From the NCBI GenBank assembly GCA_963767735.1, contig CAVYES010000008.1, forward strand, positions 192,001-256,000: a DNA stretch of 64,000 nt, given 5' to 3'. The notes under the pieces were generated by a model. That model was given only the letters and a program-made list of their open reading frames with translations, was not told where the DNA came from and made no database searches. Position 1 is the first letter of the stretch, and each line of letters begins with the position of its first letter. This stretch comes from Candidatus Bathyarchaeota archaeon (GTDB lineage Archaea > Thermoproteota > Bathyarchaeia > Bathyarchaeales > Bathycorpusculaceae). Positions 42,688 through 54,917 of this stretch are shown one piece after another. Both the position numbers and the translations under genes were made by a program.

Positions 42688-44835
42688 TTAACTATCTATA
42701 CTGCGCACATGGGATGCGGGCTTCTTTGTGTCGGCGGTGCTTTGTGCATGGTTTAGACTTGTTTTTGGCTGATAGACGCACCATGGATCTTCAGTGAGAT
42801 AATCGCTTTTTAACTCAGCAGGTTCATGGAGGTCCCCGCAGAAATCGATAAAGTCATTTGAGAGACCATAGGCGCGTGCTCGGCAGCCACCGCATAAGGC
42901 GCGGTATTCGCAGACTCCGCATTTGCCTTTCAGCGAATTAGGATTCCTTAGATCGGTGAAGATTTTTGAGTTGAACCATATTTCCTTAAAGCTTTTTTCT
43001 CGTATATTTCCCAGTTTAATGGGCAAGTACGGGCAGGGTGTCACATCGCCATTTGGGTAAATGCGACAATAGTATAATCCTGCGATGCACCCTCGAATCC
43101 ACTGTCTCATATCTAAGCCCATGTCTTTGGCGATTCGCATAAACTGCGGTGCACATGAGGGTCTCACGTTTAGTTTGTGATTTGCAGTTTTTGCGAAGGT
43201 TTTTGTAATCATTTCCTCATATTTTTCGGGGGAAATATCGTTTATTTTTGTTCCTCGACCAGTTGGAACAAGGAAAAACAAGTGAAAGTTTTCGACACCT
43301 ATGCTCTCAGCTAATGACATTATGTCATCTATCTGATAATAGTTCTGCTGGGTTAATGTTGTGTTAACTTGAACAAGCACATTGTTTTTTCTCAAAGCAT
43401 TACATGCTTCGACTGCTTTCTCCCACGCGCCCGCAACTCCTCTGAACTCGTCATGCTGAGATGGAATATTGGAATCCAAGCTTATTGAAACGGTGGCTGT
43501 ACCGGCATCCTTGAGTTTTTTCGCTACGGTTTCGTCAATGAGGCTTCCGTTGCTTCCAAGTCCCATCTTCAAGCCTTTCCTTGAGCCGTAGTTTATGAGT
43601 TCAAAAATGTCTTCGCGTAGAAGAGGTTCGCCGCCGCTCAGTATTAACAGTGGTGCGCTAACTTGGTAGATTTGATCCATGAGATTTTTGGCTTCTTGAG
43701 TGGTTAATTCATTGTCAAGTTTTTTCTCTGTAGCGTTAATGTAACAATGAGAACATTTCATGTTGCATTCGCGCGTGATGTTCCATGACATAACCAGCGG
43801 AATAAACCGTTCAGACGCCTTAGCCGCGGGCGAGTGTGAAAGTTTTAGGTAAAACTCGCAGTTTCCATGGGTCGCTATCCGTTTAGGTTGCCAAAGCGTA
43901 AACGGGAAAGGAAGCACCGTGTCCAACATTGCTTTGGCATGCGCAAAACAGAAATGGGTACAGAAAAGAGCAGCGGCCTGAGGCGGTATACCGTATTTTT
44001 CTTCGGCGTATTTGTGGCTTCCAAAAATTGGGCAATTCAAAAACTCCATGTGCCCGTCCAACGTTTCAGTGCTCATGGTGTAATTTATGTAGTGGTCGCT
44101 TAACATGATTGATTGCAGTTTTTCTCTTCTCATGCCAACTTTAAGCGTCACGTCAAGAGCTATGTCAACGGTTTCCCTACCAAACTTGTCCTGCACCCTT
44201 CCCATAGTGCTCTCAAGCGCTGGCACGCCGATACTTTTCGACAGCTCAGCTGTTACTAGTAAACCCTTTATTGTTTCGTACTCTTGGATTAAACGCATCC
44301 GTATAATCTGCTCTGCCCATAAACGGAACAATTTTTTTAGTGCAACAGATGCTTTTATATTCTTGTTGTCTAGCAGGCTTTCGACTGCTTTCTTTTCATT
44401 GGTTAGATTTATGAAAAGGCTGATTTTTTCGGCTGTTCCAAGATGTGGGGTTGAGGCTACCTCATGAAAGCTTAAAGTAAACGGCGTAACTTCCATTGTC
44501 AGCTCTTTCACGTCAGATTCAAAATCGCTGTAAATCTTGTCAAGGTTTATGGATATGTCCGGTACGCTTACATGCAACTCCTCAATAAGCGCGCGTGTTT
44601 CCGACTCCATCTTCGTAACCATCGCCATATGATACAAAAGTGAGCCAGCCATGCCTGGATCGGCATGTTTGCCGCCGTTTTCTCCGTTAAAAATTTGAGA
44701 AAACAGCAACTTTGCCAAATCAAAGTCTTTTTCTGTTATTGCAGTTAAGGCTTGGTTGAGTTTCTGTTGTCTTGCAAGTAAAAGTTGAGCCCATTTATGG
44801 CATTGTCCGGCGTCGAATTTTGTTAACGAATCCAC
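42688..44835 (-). CDS. Radical SAM/SPASM protein (AhbD/NirJ-like) with a ~345-aa N-terminal extension
   Basis: CNMKCSHC, SGGEPL, GCIAG...CRIYPNGDVTPC, CGVCEYRALCGGCRARA. Confidence 0.88.
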   Translation of the reverse strand: MDSLTKFDAGQCHKWAQLLLARQQKLNQALTAITEKDFDLAKLLFSQIFNGENGGKHADPGMAGSLLYHMAMVTKMESETRALIEELHVSVPDISINLDKIYSDFESDVKELTMEVTPFTLSFHEVASTPHLGTAEKISLFINLTNEKKAVESLLDNKNIKASVALKKLFRLWAEQIIRMRLIQEYETIKGLLVTAELSKSIGVPALESTMGRVQDKFGRETVDIALDVTLKVGMRREKLQSIMLSDHYINYTMSTETLDGHMEFLNCPIFGSHKYAEEKYGIPPQAAALFCTHFCFAHAKAMLDTVLPFPFTLWQPKRIATHGNCEFYLKLSHSPAAKASERFIPLVMSWNITRECNMKCSHCYINATEKKLDNELTTQEAKNLMDQIYQVSAPLLILSGGEPLLREDIFELINYGSRKGLKMGLGSNGSLIDETVAKKLKDAGTATVSISLDSNIPSQHDEFRGVAGAWEKAVEACNALRKNNVLVQVNTTLTQQNYYQIDDIMSLAESIGVENFHLFFLVPTGRGTKINDISPEKYEEMITKTFAKTANHKLNVRPSCAPQFMRIAKDMGLDMRQWIRGCIAGLYYCRIYPNGDVTPCPYLPIKLGNIREKSFKEIWFNSKIFTDLRNPNSLKGKCGVCEYRALCGGCRARAYGLSNDFIDFCGDLHEPAELKSDYLTEDPWCVYQPKTSLNHAQSTADTKKPASHVRSIDS

Positions 44836-44979
44836 ATCCTCAAGGTAGTTAAGATTCTCATGTGAGGGTAAAAAAACCTAGCGGTAAAATATTCTTTGAT
44901 TAACGATAATGCGTCTCATCTGATGTTTTAATTTCGATAAGCTAATTAAGCTCTAAATTAACCATAAGCCACATCAAGG

Positions 44980-45276
44980 GTGAAAAGTTTGAGTTACGAT
45001 TGGATCTTTGCGTTAATAGGCTTCCTGATTATGTTTGGCTTCTTAGGGGGCATCGGCATAAACAAGCCCCGAGGAATGAGCGTTAAAATGTGGTGCGCTG
45101 GTTACCTAGGCGTTGCATTAGTTTTCGATGCGCTTGTAGTTTTAGGGCTGATCGGGCAAATTGCCTTAGTCACCGATTTGCTTTTGGGGCTTTCTGCAGG
45201 CGCCGCCACAGGGTTAGCCCTGCATGTCATGCATCATATCAATGAAGAAGGCGAACACCCAACAATTATGGGTTAA
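44980..45276 (+). CDS. Small three-TM membrane protein
   Basis: Three hydrophobic segments. Confidence 0.6.
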   Translation: MKSLSYDWIFALIGFLIMFGFLGGIGINKPRGMSVKMWCAGYLGVALVFDALVVLGLIGQIALVTDLLLGLSAGAATGLALHVMHHINEEGEHPTIMG

Positions 45277-45318
45277 ATCGAATAATTTTCTTAAAATTTT
45301 ATATATTTTTTTGTAGAT

Positions 45319-47187
45319 TTAGCCCCTTAGCCTGCTTAAGCTTTTATCAACATATTCTATTTGCAGCTTGCTTAACGTCTCGGATGTAGGTACGCCGTCT
45401 TGGTCCCATCCTGCTTGGAGATAGTATTGCTGCACTTTTTGTTTCACACTTGCTTTGTCAGCGGCTTGCCCCTTGCATGGTCCCGAAGGCAGAGGCTCAT
45501 AGAATCTTTCTGGGTTGTCATCATCAACTTTTGGATTCCACTGTAAATCTGGTCCACCCAAAAGCAGAAGTGCACGTTGTATCTGCAGCGTTTTCATTCC
45601 TCCACCATTTAGCCATCCCTTGCGGCTTAAGCTTTGACCTGTGACTGCATTGTAGAATTCATATCTAAAGTTTGGCGATATGCTGAATGAAGTGAAGATG
45701 CACATTACCGCTGAATCGTTGAATATTTGCCAAATCTCACTGCCCCAACCGTCAATGGGCAAGTCAGTCATGGATGAGTGGTCGCCTCCCTGCACGCTGC
45801 AGGCGTAGCCTATTTCCCGTGAAAAATCTCTTCCGCTTCGGATGCCATGCGCGCCGATGCTGATGCCCTTGCTTGTCACAGCGTATGGCAAAAGGTTTTT
45901 GGCTTTCATTTTTCCAAGCTTAAGCGCAGCGCGATAAGTGCCTTCAGCAAGCAAGTTTCCTATACCTTCTCGATACGCGATTTTCTTTGCTAAAACTGCA
46001 AACGCGTCAGCGTCACCCCATTTCAACTCTAAACCATCCAGGTCAACTTTCGTTAAGATGCCGCGTTGGAACAGCTCAGCCGCAAACCCCATGACGCTGC
46101 CTGCTTGGATGCCGCACATGCCTAAATCTTCAATAAGCGATGACAAATACACGTTCTCTTCAGGCGTGAACAACCCCAAATTTGGACCCAGAAAAGCCTG
46201 CAGCTCATAATCCGGATTATCCGTTATCGCACCTTTGTATTTGCCGGTGCGGATACAGCTGATTTTCAAGCAGTTTGTGGGGCAACCGAAATCGCTCCAT
46301 GCAGGTTTAACCCAAACCTTGCTCTCAAACTGATCTACGCCGTAACTTCTCTGGTCATGCCACTCCTCCTGCCAATTCCGAACGGGCTCAGAACTGGTTT
46401 CTGCTCCGAAATTGTAGCCTCCTCCGCCGGTTCCCCATCTGCGCCACAAAACGTTAGCGTAAGAGCCCTTGCAGACGTCATCGATCATCTGCTTGATTTT
46501 CTTCAAATCAGCGACTTCAGGCAGCGGTCCCGTGCCTTTAACCGCCACGGCTTTAAGGTTTTTTGAACCCATAACTGCCCCATAGCCACCATAGCCAGCC
46601 GCATGAGTCCACTTAGCAACAACCACCGATGTACGAACTTTCCGTTCACCCGCAGGCCCAATGTAGAGTTTAGCTGGCTCCTTCCAAACACCGACATGTG
46701 GATAACGCTCAGTTAGCAAGCGTCGGCATTCACGATTCAACAAAGTGTCTGTTTGTTTGCCGTCTTTGCCCCAGATGTCGCTAGCATCCCTGAGCTCCAC
46801 ATCAGAATCCTTAATGAATAGGTAAACAGGTTTCTCAGCTTTACCTGATACGATTACGCCGTCGTACCCTGCGCATCGGAGCTCAACCCCGAATTCGCCG
46901 CCAACCGTGGAGCCTACCATACCGTTGCTTTGGGGCGATTTGCCTGTTACACATGTTCTGCCACCTGGGAAATACCCCGTGAAAGGTCCGGGCATAAAAA
47001 ACAGAATGTTTTCTGGTCCAAGAGGGTCAATGTTCTCCCATTTCGAGATGAGTCTTTCGCTTAATATTTTTGCGGCGAGCGCTCTGCCTCCAACATAGTC
47101 TTTGAGCCACTCTTCTGGAAGCGTTGTGTTTTTGAAGCTCGATTTTGAAAGGTCCACTTCCAAGAATTTTCCGGCGTAACCAAGCAT
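45319..47187 (-). CDS. aor: Aldehyde:ferredoxin oxidoreductase family (W-pterin)
   Basis: DPLGPENIL, KSPQSNG, GAVMGSKNLKAVAV, REGIGNLLAEG. Confidence 0.93.
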   Translation of the reverse strand: MLGYAGKFLEVDLSKSSFKNTTLPEEWLKDYVGGRALAAKILSERLISKWENIDPLGPENILFFMPGPFTGYFPGGRTCVTGKSPQSNGMVGSTVGGEFGVELRCAGYDGVIVSGKAEKPVYLFIKDSDVELRDASDIWGKDGKQTDTLLNRECRRLLTERYPHVGVWKEPAKLYIGPAGERKVRTSVVVAKWTHAAGYGGYGAVMGSKNLKAVAVKGTGPLPEVADLKKIKQMIDDVCKGSYANVLWRRWGTGGGGYNFGAETSSEPVRNWQEEWHDQRSYGVDQFESKVWVKPAWSDFGCPTNCLKISCIRTGKYKGAITDNPDYELQAFLGPNLGLFTPEENVYLSSLIEDLGMCGIQAGSVMGFAAELFQRGILTKVDLDGLELKWGDADAFAVLAKKIAYREGIGNLLAEGTYRAALKLGKMKAKNLLPYAVTSKGISIGAHGIRSGRDFSREIGYACSVQGGDHSSMTDLPIDGWGSEIWQIFNDSAVMCIFTSFSISPNFRYEFYNAVTGQSLSRKGWLNGGGMKTLQIQRALLLLGGPDLQWNPKVDDDNPERFYEPLPSGPCKGQAADKASVKQKVQQYYLQAGWDQDGVPTSETLSKLQIEYVDKSLSRLRG

Positions 47188-47726
47188 TAAAATAACTCCT
47201 CGGCTTTCTCGCCATATAACTTAGTGGCAAGGTTTCTAGCAGTCACCTCTGGAGTGCGCGCGTAAAGTTTGAACTCGTGATCTCCCCGGTCAACAGCTTT
47301 TAAGCAGTTCCAACCGCCTTCCTGGCAGACTTTGGTGCACTGCGGGTCGCCGCCGCACAGGTCGCAGATCAAAATTTTCTTACTCTTAGGGTGAATATGC
47401 GGAACTTTACCCGGGCACGCATCTATGCATATGCCGCAGCCAGTGCATTTGTTCACGTTAACGATGACGGCGCTGGTGATCTTATTTATGCTGAGTGCTT
47501 TGAATGGACAAACCTCAACACAGGGATAATCCTCACATTGCGTGCATAAATGGGGAAATTCTGCCCCTGGAACAAGCATAAACACGCGAACTCTAGAAGC
47601 TTCAGGCCAAATTTTGTTCTCGTGACTCAGAGAGCAGGCGATTTCGCATTTGCGGCAACCGCTGCATTTTGTGAATTCTCGGCTTATCCAGATTGGGTTA
47701 GTGTTTTTTATTGTATTTTCTGCCAT
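47187..47726 (-). CDS. 4Fe-4S dicluster protein (AOR partner)
   Basis: CSGCRKCEIAC, CTQCEDYPCVEVCP, CTGCGICIDACP, CDLC. Confidence 0.92.
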   Translation of the reverse strand: MAENTIKNTNPIWISREFTKCSGCRKCEIACSLSHENKIWPEASRVRVFMLVPGAEFPHLCTQCEDYPCVEVCPFKALSINKITSAVIVNVNKCTGCGICIDACPGKVPHIHPKSKKILICDLCGGDPQCTKVCQEGGWNCLKAVDRGDHEFKLYARTPEVTARNLATKLYGEKAEELF

Positions 47727-48155
47727 TCTTTATCACATATAATGCAATTACAAGCCTTACCAAGGTTCTGCTTTTAAGTAGAAAAGTGTTTTGGAAATCT
47801 GCGACTCATCCTCGAGTTTTAATTCTGAGATAATAATTGCCAATAGAAAGGATTCAATCTCACTTTCCTAGTTTCTTCAAGACCTGTCAAACTTGCCCCA
47901 CAAAAGTTCGGGTTCACAACACAATATTCTGAAATCTGCCATTTTTTAGAAAATAGTGATTATTTTAATTATCGTTTCCAATAGAGCGGGGTGCTGTTTG
48001 TCTTTTTTTCTCATTTTTTTAACGTTATATTTTGCATTAAGATTGAAAAATTAACTAATTTTATTTAAGTAAATATGCGAATCTATTCGTTATATAAATT
48101 GACAACATTTATATGCAGATAAGAAACACAAATCTTTCCAAAGGATGAGGCATTT

Positions 48156-50092
48156 ATGGGAAAGTCCCTTACACGAAAAATAATAGAAAAACATCTGGTA
48201 GCAGGCGAATACGTACCAGGCAACGAGATAGGCATAAAGATTGATCAAACCCTGACTCAGGACGCCACAGGAACAATGGCATACCTGCAGTTCGAGGCAA
48301 TGGGTCTGAAACAGGTGAAGACCGAGCTTTCCGTCAGCTACGTAGACCACAACACCATCCAGGTGGGTTTCGAGAACGCCGACGACCACAAGTACCTTCA
48401 AACAGTGGCCGCCAAATATGGCATTGTTTACTCAAAGGCGGGAAACGGAATATGCCATCAAGTCCATTTGGAAAGGTTCGGCAAGCCCGGAAAGACCCTT
48501 CTCGGTTCCGACAGCCACACAACGACCGGAGGCGGAATCGGCATGATAGCCATTGGAGCCGGCGGACTGGATGTTGCTGTAGCCATGGGCGGAGGCGAGT
48601 TCTACTTAACATGCCCAAAAGTTTACAAGATAAACCTCACGGGCAGTCTCCAGCCTTGGGTTAGCGCCAAAGACGTGGTTTTGAAAATGCTGGAGATGTT
48701 CACAGTGAAGGGCAATGTCGGCGTATCATTGAATATGCTGGGCCAGGCGTAAAGAACCTCTCTGTTCCAGAGAGAGCAACAATCACCAACATGGGAGCGG
48801 AGATGGGTGTCACAACTTCCATATTTCCCTCGGACGAGGAGACCAAAAAGTTCCTCAAGGCACAGGGCAGGGAAGCCGATTGGGTCGAGCTAAAAGCTGA
48901 CGATGATGCGGAGTATGACAAAATTGTAGACCTTGACCTCAGCGAGTTGGAGCCTCTTGCGGCGGCGCCGCATAGCCCAGGCAACATAGTCCGAGTAAGT
49001 GACATGAAGGATATGAAGGTTGATCAAGTGATGCTTGGCTCCTGCACCAATTCTTCCTACAAAGAAATAGCCACTGTAGCCAAAATTATGAAGGGCAAAA
49101 AGGTTCATCCAGACGTATCATTCGGAGTTGCGCCAGGCTCAAGACAAGTTCTGCAGATGGCGGCAAGAGATGGTTACATCGGTGACCTGCTAGATTCTGG
49201 CGCTAGATTGCTGGAGGCGACATGTGGATTCTGCATCGGCAACAGCCAAAGCCCCAAATCGACCGGCGTTTCTCTAAGGACAAGCAACCGAAACTTCGAG
49301 GGAAGAAGCGGCACGGCGGATGCACAGGTCTACCTTGTAAGCCCAGAAGTTGCGGCTGTGGCAGCAATCACAGGAAAATTGACAGATCCCACGAAAAGCA
49401 GGCATAGAGTACCCGAAAGTTAGCATGCCAACAAAATTCCTCATAGACGACTCCATGTTTATTTTCCCCAAAGACGCCGACAAAAACGTTGAGATAGTCA
49501 AGGGGACCAAACATTGGCGCGCCACCAGTCAATGATCCAAATGCCTGAACAAATAGATGGGCGTTATCGGCATAAAAGTCGGCGACAAAATCACAACAGA
49601 CCACATAATGCCTGCTGGAGCCAGACTCAAATACCGCTCTAATGTGCCAGAATATTCAAAATATGTTTTTGAACCGATTGACAAAGCATTTCCAACCAGA
49701 GCAATGGAAGCAAAAAAGAAAGGGCTTGCACACAGTCATCGTTGCAGGCGAATCCTATGGTCAAGGAAGTTCCAGAGAGCACGCTGCACTATGCCCGATG
49801 TACCTTGGCGTCAAGGCAATCATAGCCAAGTCGGTGGAGCGAATCCACGCGGCTAACCTTGTAAACTTCGGCATAATCTCACTGTCTTTCAAGAACATGG
49901 CTGACTATGACAAGATAGAGCAGGGCGACGAAATTGAAATACCAGACATCAAAAAGAAACTGCAGAACAACGAGCCAGTCATCTTGGTGGACAAGACCAA
50001 GAACCTGCAAATCGAGCTTGGATACAACCTTTCCCAGAGACAGAAAGACATTCTTTACGCGGGCGGTCTGCTTCCCGTACACAGTCAAGTAA
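48156..50092 (+). CDS. acn: Aconitate hydratase (multiple frameshifts)
   Basis: [67 protein letters not shown]. Confidence 0.92.
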
Positions 50093-50112
50093 GAAGAAAA
50101 GAGGAATCTGCA

Positions 50113-51333
50113 ATGAACAAAATAAAGGTAAAGACACCAATCGTCGAGATAGACGGAGACGAAATGACCCGAGTAATGTGGCAAATGGTCAAAGACCAGC
50201 TTCTTTTGCCCTATCTTGGACATGAACCTTGCATACTACGACCTCCAGCTAAAGAAGAGGGACGAGACTGACGACAAAATAACCCTCGAAGCAGCAGAAG
50301 CCATAAAGAAATACGGTGTCGGCGTAAAATGCGCCACCATCACGCCGAACAAGGACCGGGTTAAGGAATACAACCTAAAGCAGGAATGGAAGAGCCCCAA
50401 CGGAACAATCAGAGCCGCGCTCGATGGCACAGTTTTCAGGGCACCCATCTTGGTGAAGAATATTCTGCCCGCAGTCAGGTCCTGGAAGAAACCAATCCAC
50501 ATCGGAAGACACGCCTACGGTGACGTGTACAAGAACTGCGAGTACAGGGTTCCAGAAGCTGGAAAAGCCGAGATTGCTGTTCACAAACACCGCAGGCAAG
50601 GAACTTTGGCGTGGAACCATTCAGGACTTCAAAGGTCCAGGCATCATTCAAGGCATTCACAACACCGACAAATCCATAGCCAGCTTCGCCAAAGCCTGCT
50701 TCACTTACGCCTATGACCAGAAACTTCATGTGTGGTTTGGTGCCAAGGACACGATTTCCAAAACTTATGACGCGCAATTCCGCAAGATATTCGAAGAGGA
50801 ATACCAGAATAACTGGAAAGCAAAATATGAGGAAGCGGGACTTGAATATTTCTTCACCCTCATCGACGATGCTGTTGCTAGGATAATGAAGACCGAGGGC
50901 GGTATGCTCTGGGCATGCAAGAACTATGATGGCGACGTTATGAGCGACATGCTGGGCTCAGCCTATGGCAGCTTAGCAATGATGACCTCCGTTCTTGTTA
51001 GCCCTCAGGGATACTACGAGTTTGAAGCTTCTCACGGCACAGTCCAGAAGCACTATTACAAATACCTGAAGGGTGAAAAGACCTCAAGCAACTCCATGGC
51101 TCTAATATTTGCTTGGACTGGTTGCCTCAGAAAGAGGGGCGAACTGGATCAAGACACCAGAAGTCGTGGAATTCGCGAAGAAGCTGGAAGAGGCGGCTCT
51201 TGAAACTGTTGAAAGCGGCATCATGACTGGTGATTTGATGGTTGTTGCCACACCAGACCCAAAGAACAGGAAGGTTTACACCGAGGAGTTTATTGCCGAA
51301 GTGGCAAAAAGGCTCAAGAAAAAGCTTGAATAG
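50113..51333 (+). CDS. icd: NADP-dependent isocitrate dehydrogenase (type II; frameshifted)
   Basis: [57 protein letters not shown]. Confidence 0.93.
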
Positions 51334-51346
51334 AGGAGAAGATAGA

Positions 51347-52663
51347 ATGGCGCACAAAGCGATCAGAGAAGCTGACGGCAAACGCATGCTCGCCCGTCTA
51401 TTTAAAGACTACTCCGAAGGAAAATACGACATCTCAGACAAGATTGTCACTGTCGGACCAGATACCGACATGGCGAAACTGCCGAATCAATACAAGTGGC
51501 TAACAACCGAAAAATTGGTTGTCAAACCTGACCAGCTGATAAAGCGCAGAGGAAAAAACAAACTCATCCTTGTCGACGCAAACTACGACCAAGCTAAGAA
51601 GTGGATAGAAGAGAAATCCAAGGGACCGATAACAATCTACGGCAAGTTTGATGCCAACGGAAAACCAGTGGACAAAGGAACAGTTGGGCAACTTACGCAC
51701 TTCATCATTGAGCCAATGGTACCCCACAAAGAATCGGACGAATGCTACCTTGCAATAATGTCAACCAAAGACGGCGACACAATCATGTTCTACCACGAAG
51801 GCGGAGTAAACGTTGGAGATGTGGACGCAAAGGCGGCACGCTTAGAAGTACCCATCGGCACATTCCCGACAGCTGGCAGAAATCGAGAAGAAACTTCTGG
51901 CAAAAGTCACGGCTGAACGCAAAAAGCGCCTTTCAGGCTTCATAGAAGCTTTGTTCAAATTCTATGCAGACCTGAACTTCACCTATTTAGAAATAAACCC
52001 CATTGTAGTGACAGAGGATTCGGTTATCCCACTGGACCTTGCAGCTAAACTGGACAGCACTGCCGAGTTTGAAAGCGGTAGCAAATGGGGCAACATAGAG
52101 TTTCCTGCACCCTTCGGTCGAACTCCATACTAAAGAAGAAGCTTTCATTGAAGACTTGGATGCTCAAGACTGGGGCTTCGCTTAAACTAACTGTTCTCAA
52201 CCCTGAAGGAAGAGTTTGGACAATGGTTGCAGGCGGCGGCGCATCAGTCATATACGCAGACACAATTACCGACCTTGGCTGCATGAATGAGTTGGCCAAT
52301 TACGGCGAATATTCAGGAGACCCAAGCGAGGAATTCACCTATCTCTACGCCAAAACAATACTTGACCTCATGACTCGAAATCCAAACCCAAAAGGCAAGT
52401 TCCTGCTCATAGGCGGTGGCATAGCAAATTTCACCGACGTAGCCAGCACATTCAAGGGCATAATCAAAGCCCTCAAAGAGTACCAAAGAGAACTTCAGGA
52501 GAACAAGGTCAAGATCTACGTTCGCAGAGGCGGACCCAACTATCAGGAAGGCTTGTGCCAGATGAGAGCGCTCGGCGAGAAGCTAGGCGTGCCGATTGAA
52601 GTCTATGGACCAGAAACTCACATGACCAAAATTGTTTCCATGGCTTTGAAGGGAGGAAAGTAA
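51347..52663 (+). CDS. aclB: ATP citrate lyase, ATP-grasp/citrate-binding subunit (frameshifted)
   Basis: [63 protein letters not shown]. Confidence 0.93.
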
Positions 52664-52664
52664 G

Positions 52665-54521
52665 ATGGCAAAGGCAAAATCAGCCAAGAAGACCAATCCA
52701 TATGAATTGTTCGATCGAAATACCCAAGCATTCATCTACAATAACCAGGTCAATGCAACGCAGAGGATGCTGGATTTTGACTATGCATCATGCCGCGAGA
52801 CACCTTCAGTCGCAGCAATAATCAACCCCACTGGCTCAGACAGTTTCTCAAAGTTCTTCTTCGGCACACGAGAAATCCTAATACCAGTTTACAAGACCAT
52901 CGAGAAAGCCGCAAAGATGCATCCTAACGTTGATGTCATGATAAACTTTGCATCCTTTCAGGTCAGCGGCAGCCTCAACTGAAGAAGCAATGGCCATACC
53001 GCAGATACGGACCATTGTAATAATCGCTGAAGGCGTGCCTGAGAGGCGAACAAAACTTCTCACCGCCAAGGCCAAAGCCCTCGGAAAAGTCATCATCGGT
53101 CCCGCGACTGTTGGAGGAATAAAAGCCGGCTGCTTCAAAATCGGCAACGCTGGCGGCACAATCGAAAACATCATTGAATCCAAACTTCACAGACCCGGTT
53201 CCGTGGGTTTCGTATCTAAATCCGGCGGTTTGAGCAACGAAGCATACAACATCATCGCTCGAAACACAGACGGTTTGTACGAGGGCATAGCCATCGGCGG
53301 GGACACATACCCAGGCTCCACACTGCTAGAACATCTTTTAAGGTTCGAGAACATTCCCGAGATCAAAATGCTGGTGTGCTTGGGTGAAGTAGGTGGAAAC
53401 GCCGAGTACGAGATTGCTGAGGCAATCAAGAACAAGAAGATAACAAAGCCGCTGGTGATTTGGGTTACTGGGACATGCTCCAAAGCATTCAAGACGGAAG
53501 TTCAGTTCGGCCATGCTGGCGCAAAAGCAGGCTGTGAAGTGGAAACCGCCGACGCAAAAAACGCCGCTCTCAAAGCCGCTGGCGCCATAGTTCCCAATTC
53601 ATATGACGACTATGACCAAGCGATAAAAGCCACATACGAGAGCTTAGTCAAAGCAGGGCATCATCAAGCCAAAGCCAGAACCCCCAGTGCCGAAGATCCC
53701 AATGGACTACGCCAAGGCAATGAAAGAAGGGCTCATCAGAAAACCTTCCAACTTTATCTGCACAATATCCGACGACCGAGGAGAAGAACTGCTTTACGGC
53801 AAGATGCCTATTTCCGAGGTCTTCAAAAAAGACATAGGAATCGGCGGAGTACTCAGTATCCTCTGGTTCAAACGCCTATTCCCAGCATATGCGACCAAAT
53901 TCATAGAAATGACCATTATGGTTACAGCAGACCATGGACCCGCAGTTTCTGGCGCCCATAACACCATAGTTGCGGCTAGAGCAGGCAAAGACTTGATGTC
54001 TTCAGTTGCAAGCGGCATGTTAACTATTGGTCCCAGGTTCGGAGGTGCCATCGACGGTGCAGCAGAAATGTTCTCCAACGCCTATGACATGAGGATTAAC
54101 CCCGATCCAGTTTGTCGAGGAAATGAAAGCGAAAGGTGAGAACATCCAAGGCATCGGACACTTAGTAAAGAGCATACACAACCCTGACAAGAGAGTCACG
54201 ATCCTGAAAGAATACGCAAAGAAACACTTCAAAAGCACCCCGCTCTTGGACTACGCCCTTGAGGTAGAGAAGATCACAACAGCAAAGAAAGACAACCTTA
54301 TCCTAAACGTTGACGGCTGCATCGGAATTTGCTTCGTCGACATGCTGAGAAGCGAGATGCCAAAGAATGAAGCCGACGAATACATACGGATGGGCGGACT
54401 AAACGGTTTATTCGTGGTAGGCAGAACCATTGGCATGACAGCGCATTTCCTAGATCAGAAACGGCTTAAACAGGGTCTCTACAGACACCCATGGGACGAC
54501 ATTGCTTACATGACAGAATAG
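52665..54521 (+). CDS. aclA: ATP citrate lyase, CoA-binding/citryl-CoA lyase subunit (frameshifted)
   Basis: [24 protein letters not shown] (phospho-His), [34 protein letters not shown]. Confidence 0.94.
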
Positions 54522-54543
54522 ACTTCTCTCTAAGAATCTGAAA

Positions 54544-54570
54544 GCGGTTTTTTCTTGACCGCCATTTTTT
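54544..54570 (+). terminator. Hairpin + T-tract after the acl operon
   Basis: gcggt...accgc stem followed by a T run. Confidence 0.55.
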
Positions 54571-54917
54571 CAATTAAGCATTAAGACTTTTTTGCGCGTT
54601 TTATTCTTCGCTCTCGACCAAACGTCTGAGCCATTCTAAATAATCATTTCCTGAAAGCCACTCAACGTGAGGTTTTTCTGAACTCTTGAAAGGCATGATC
54701 CGCACAAAATGACGACCATCCGCAGTCTTAAACAAAACAGCCTTGAAATCACCAAAGTCACTAACGCCTTCAGCAATCTTTTCCATCTTGCTAAATCAGC
54801 CCATAACAAGTACTCCGAGTCTGCATATAAAATTAACCTACGTTCAGGTTCCCTGCATTTTTCCACTAAAGAGACCAAGGGCTACCCCATATGAACATGT
54901 TTCTGGCACGACCTATT

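Noticed and set aside
49642-50271. Apparent aconitase-IDH fusion ORF
   Set aside because: Frameshift artefact: aconitase ends GGLLPYTVK* at ~50092 and icd has its own ribosome-binding site and ATG at 50113
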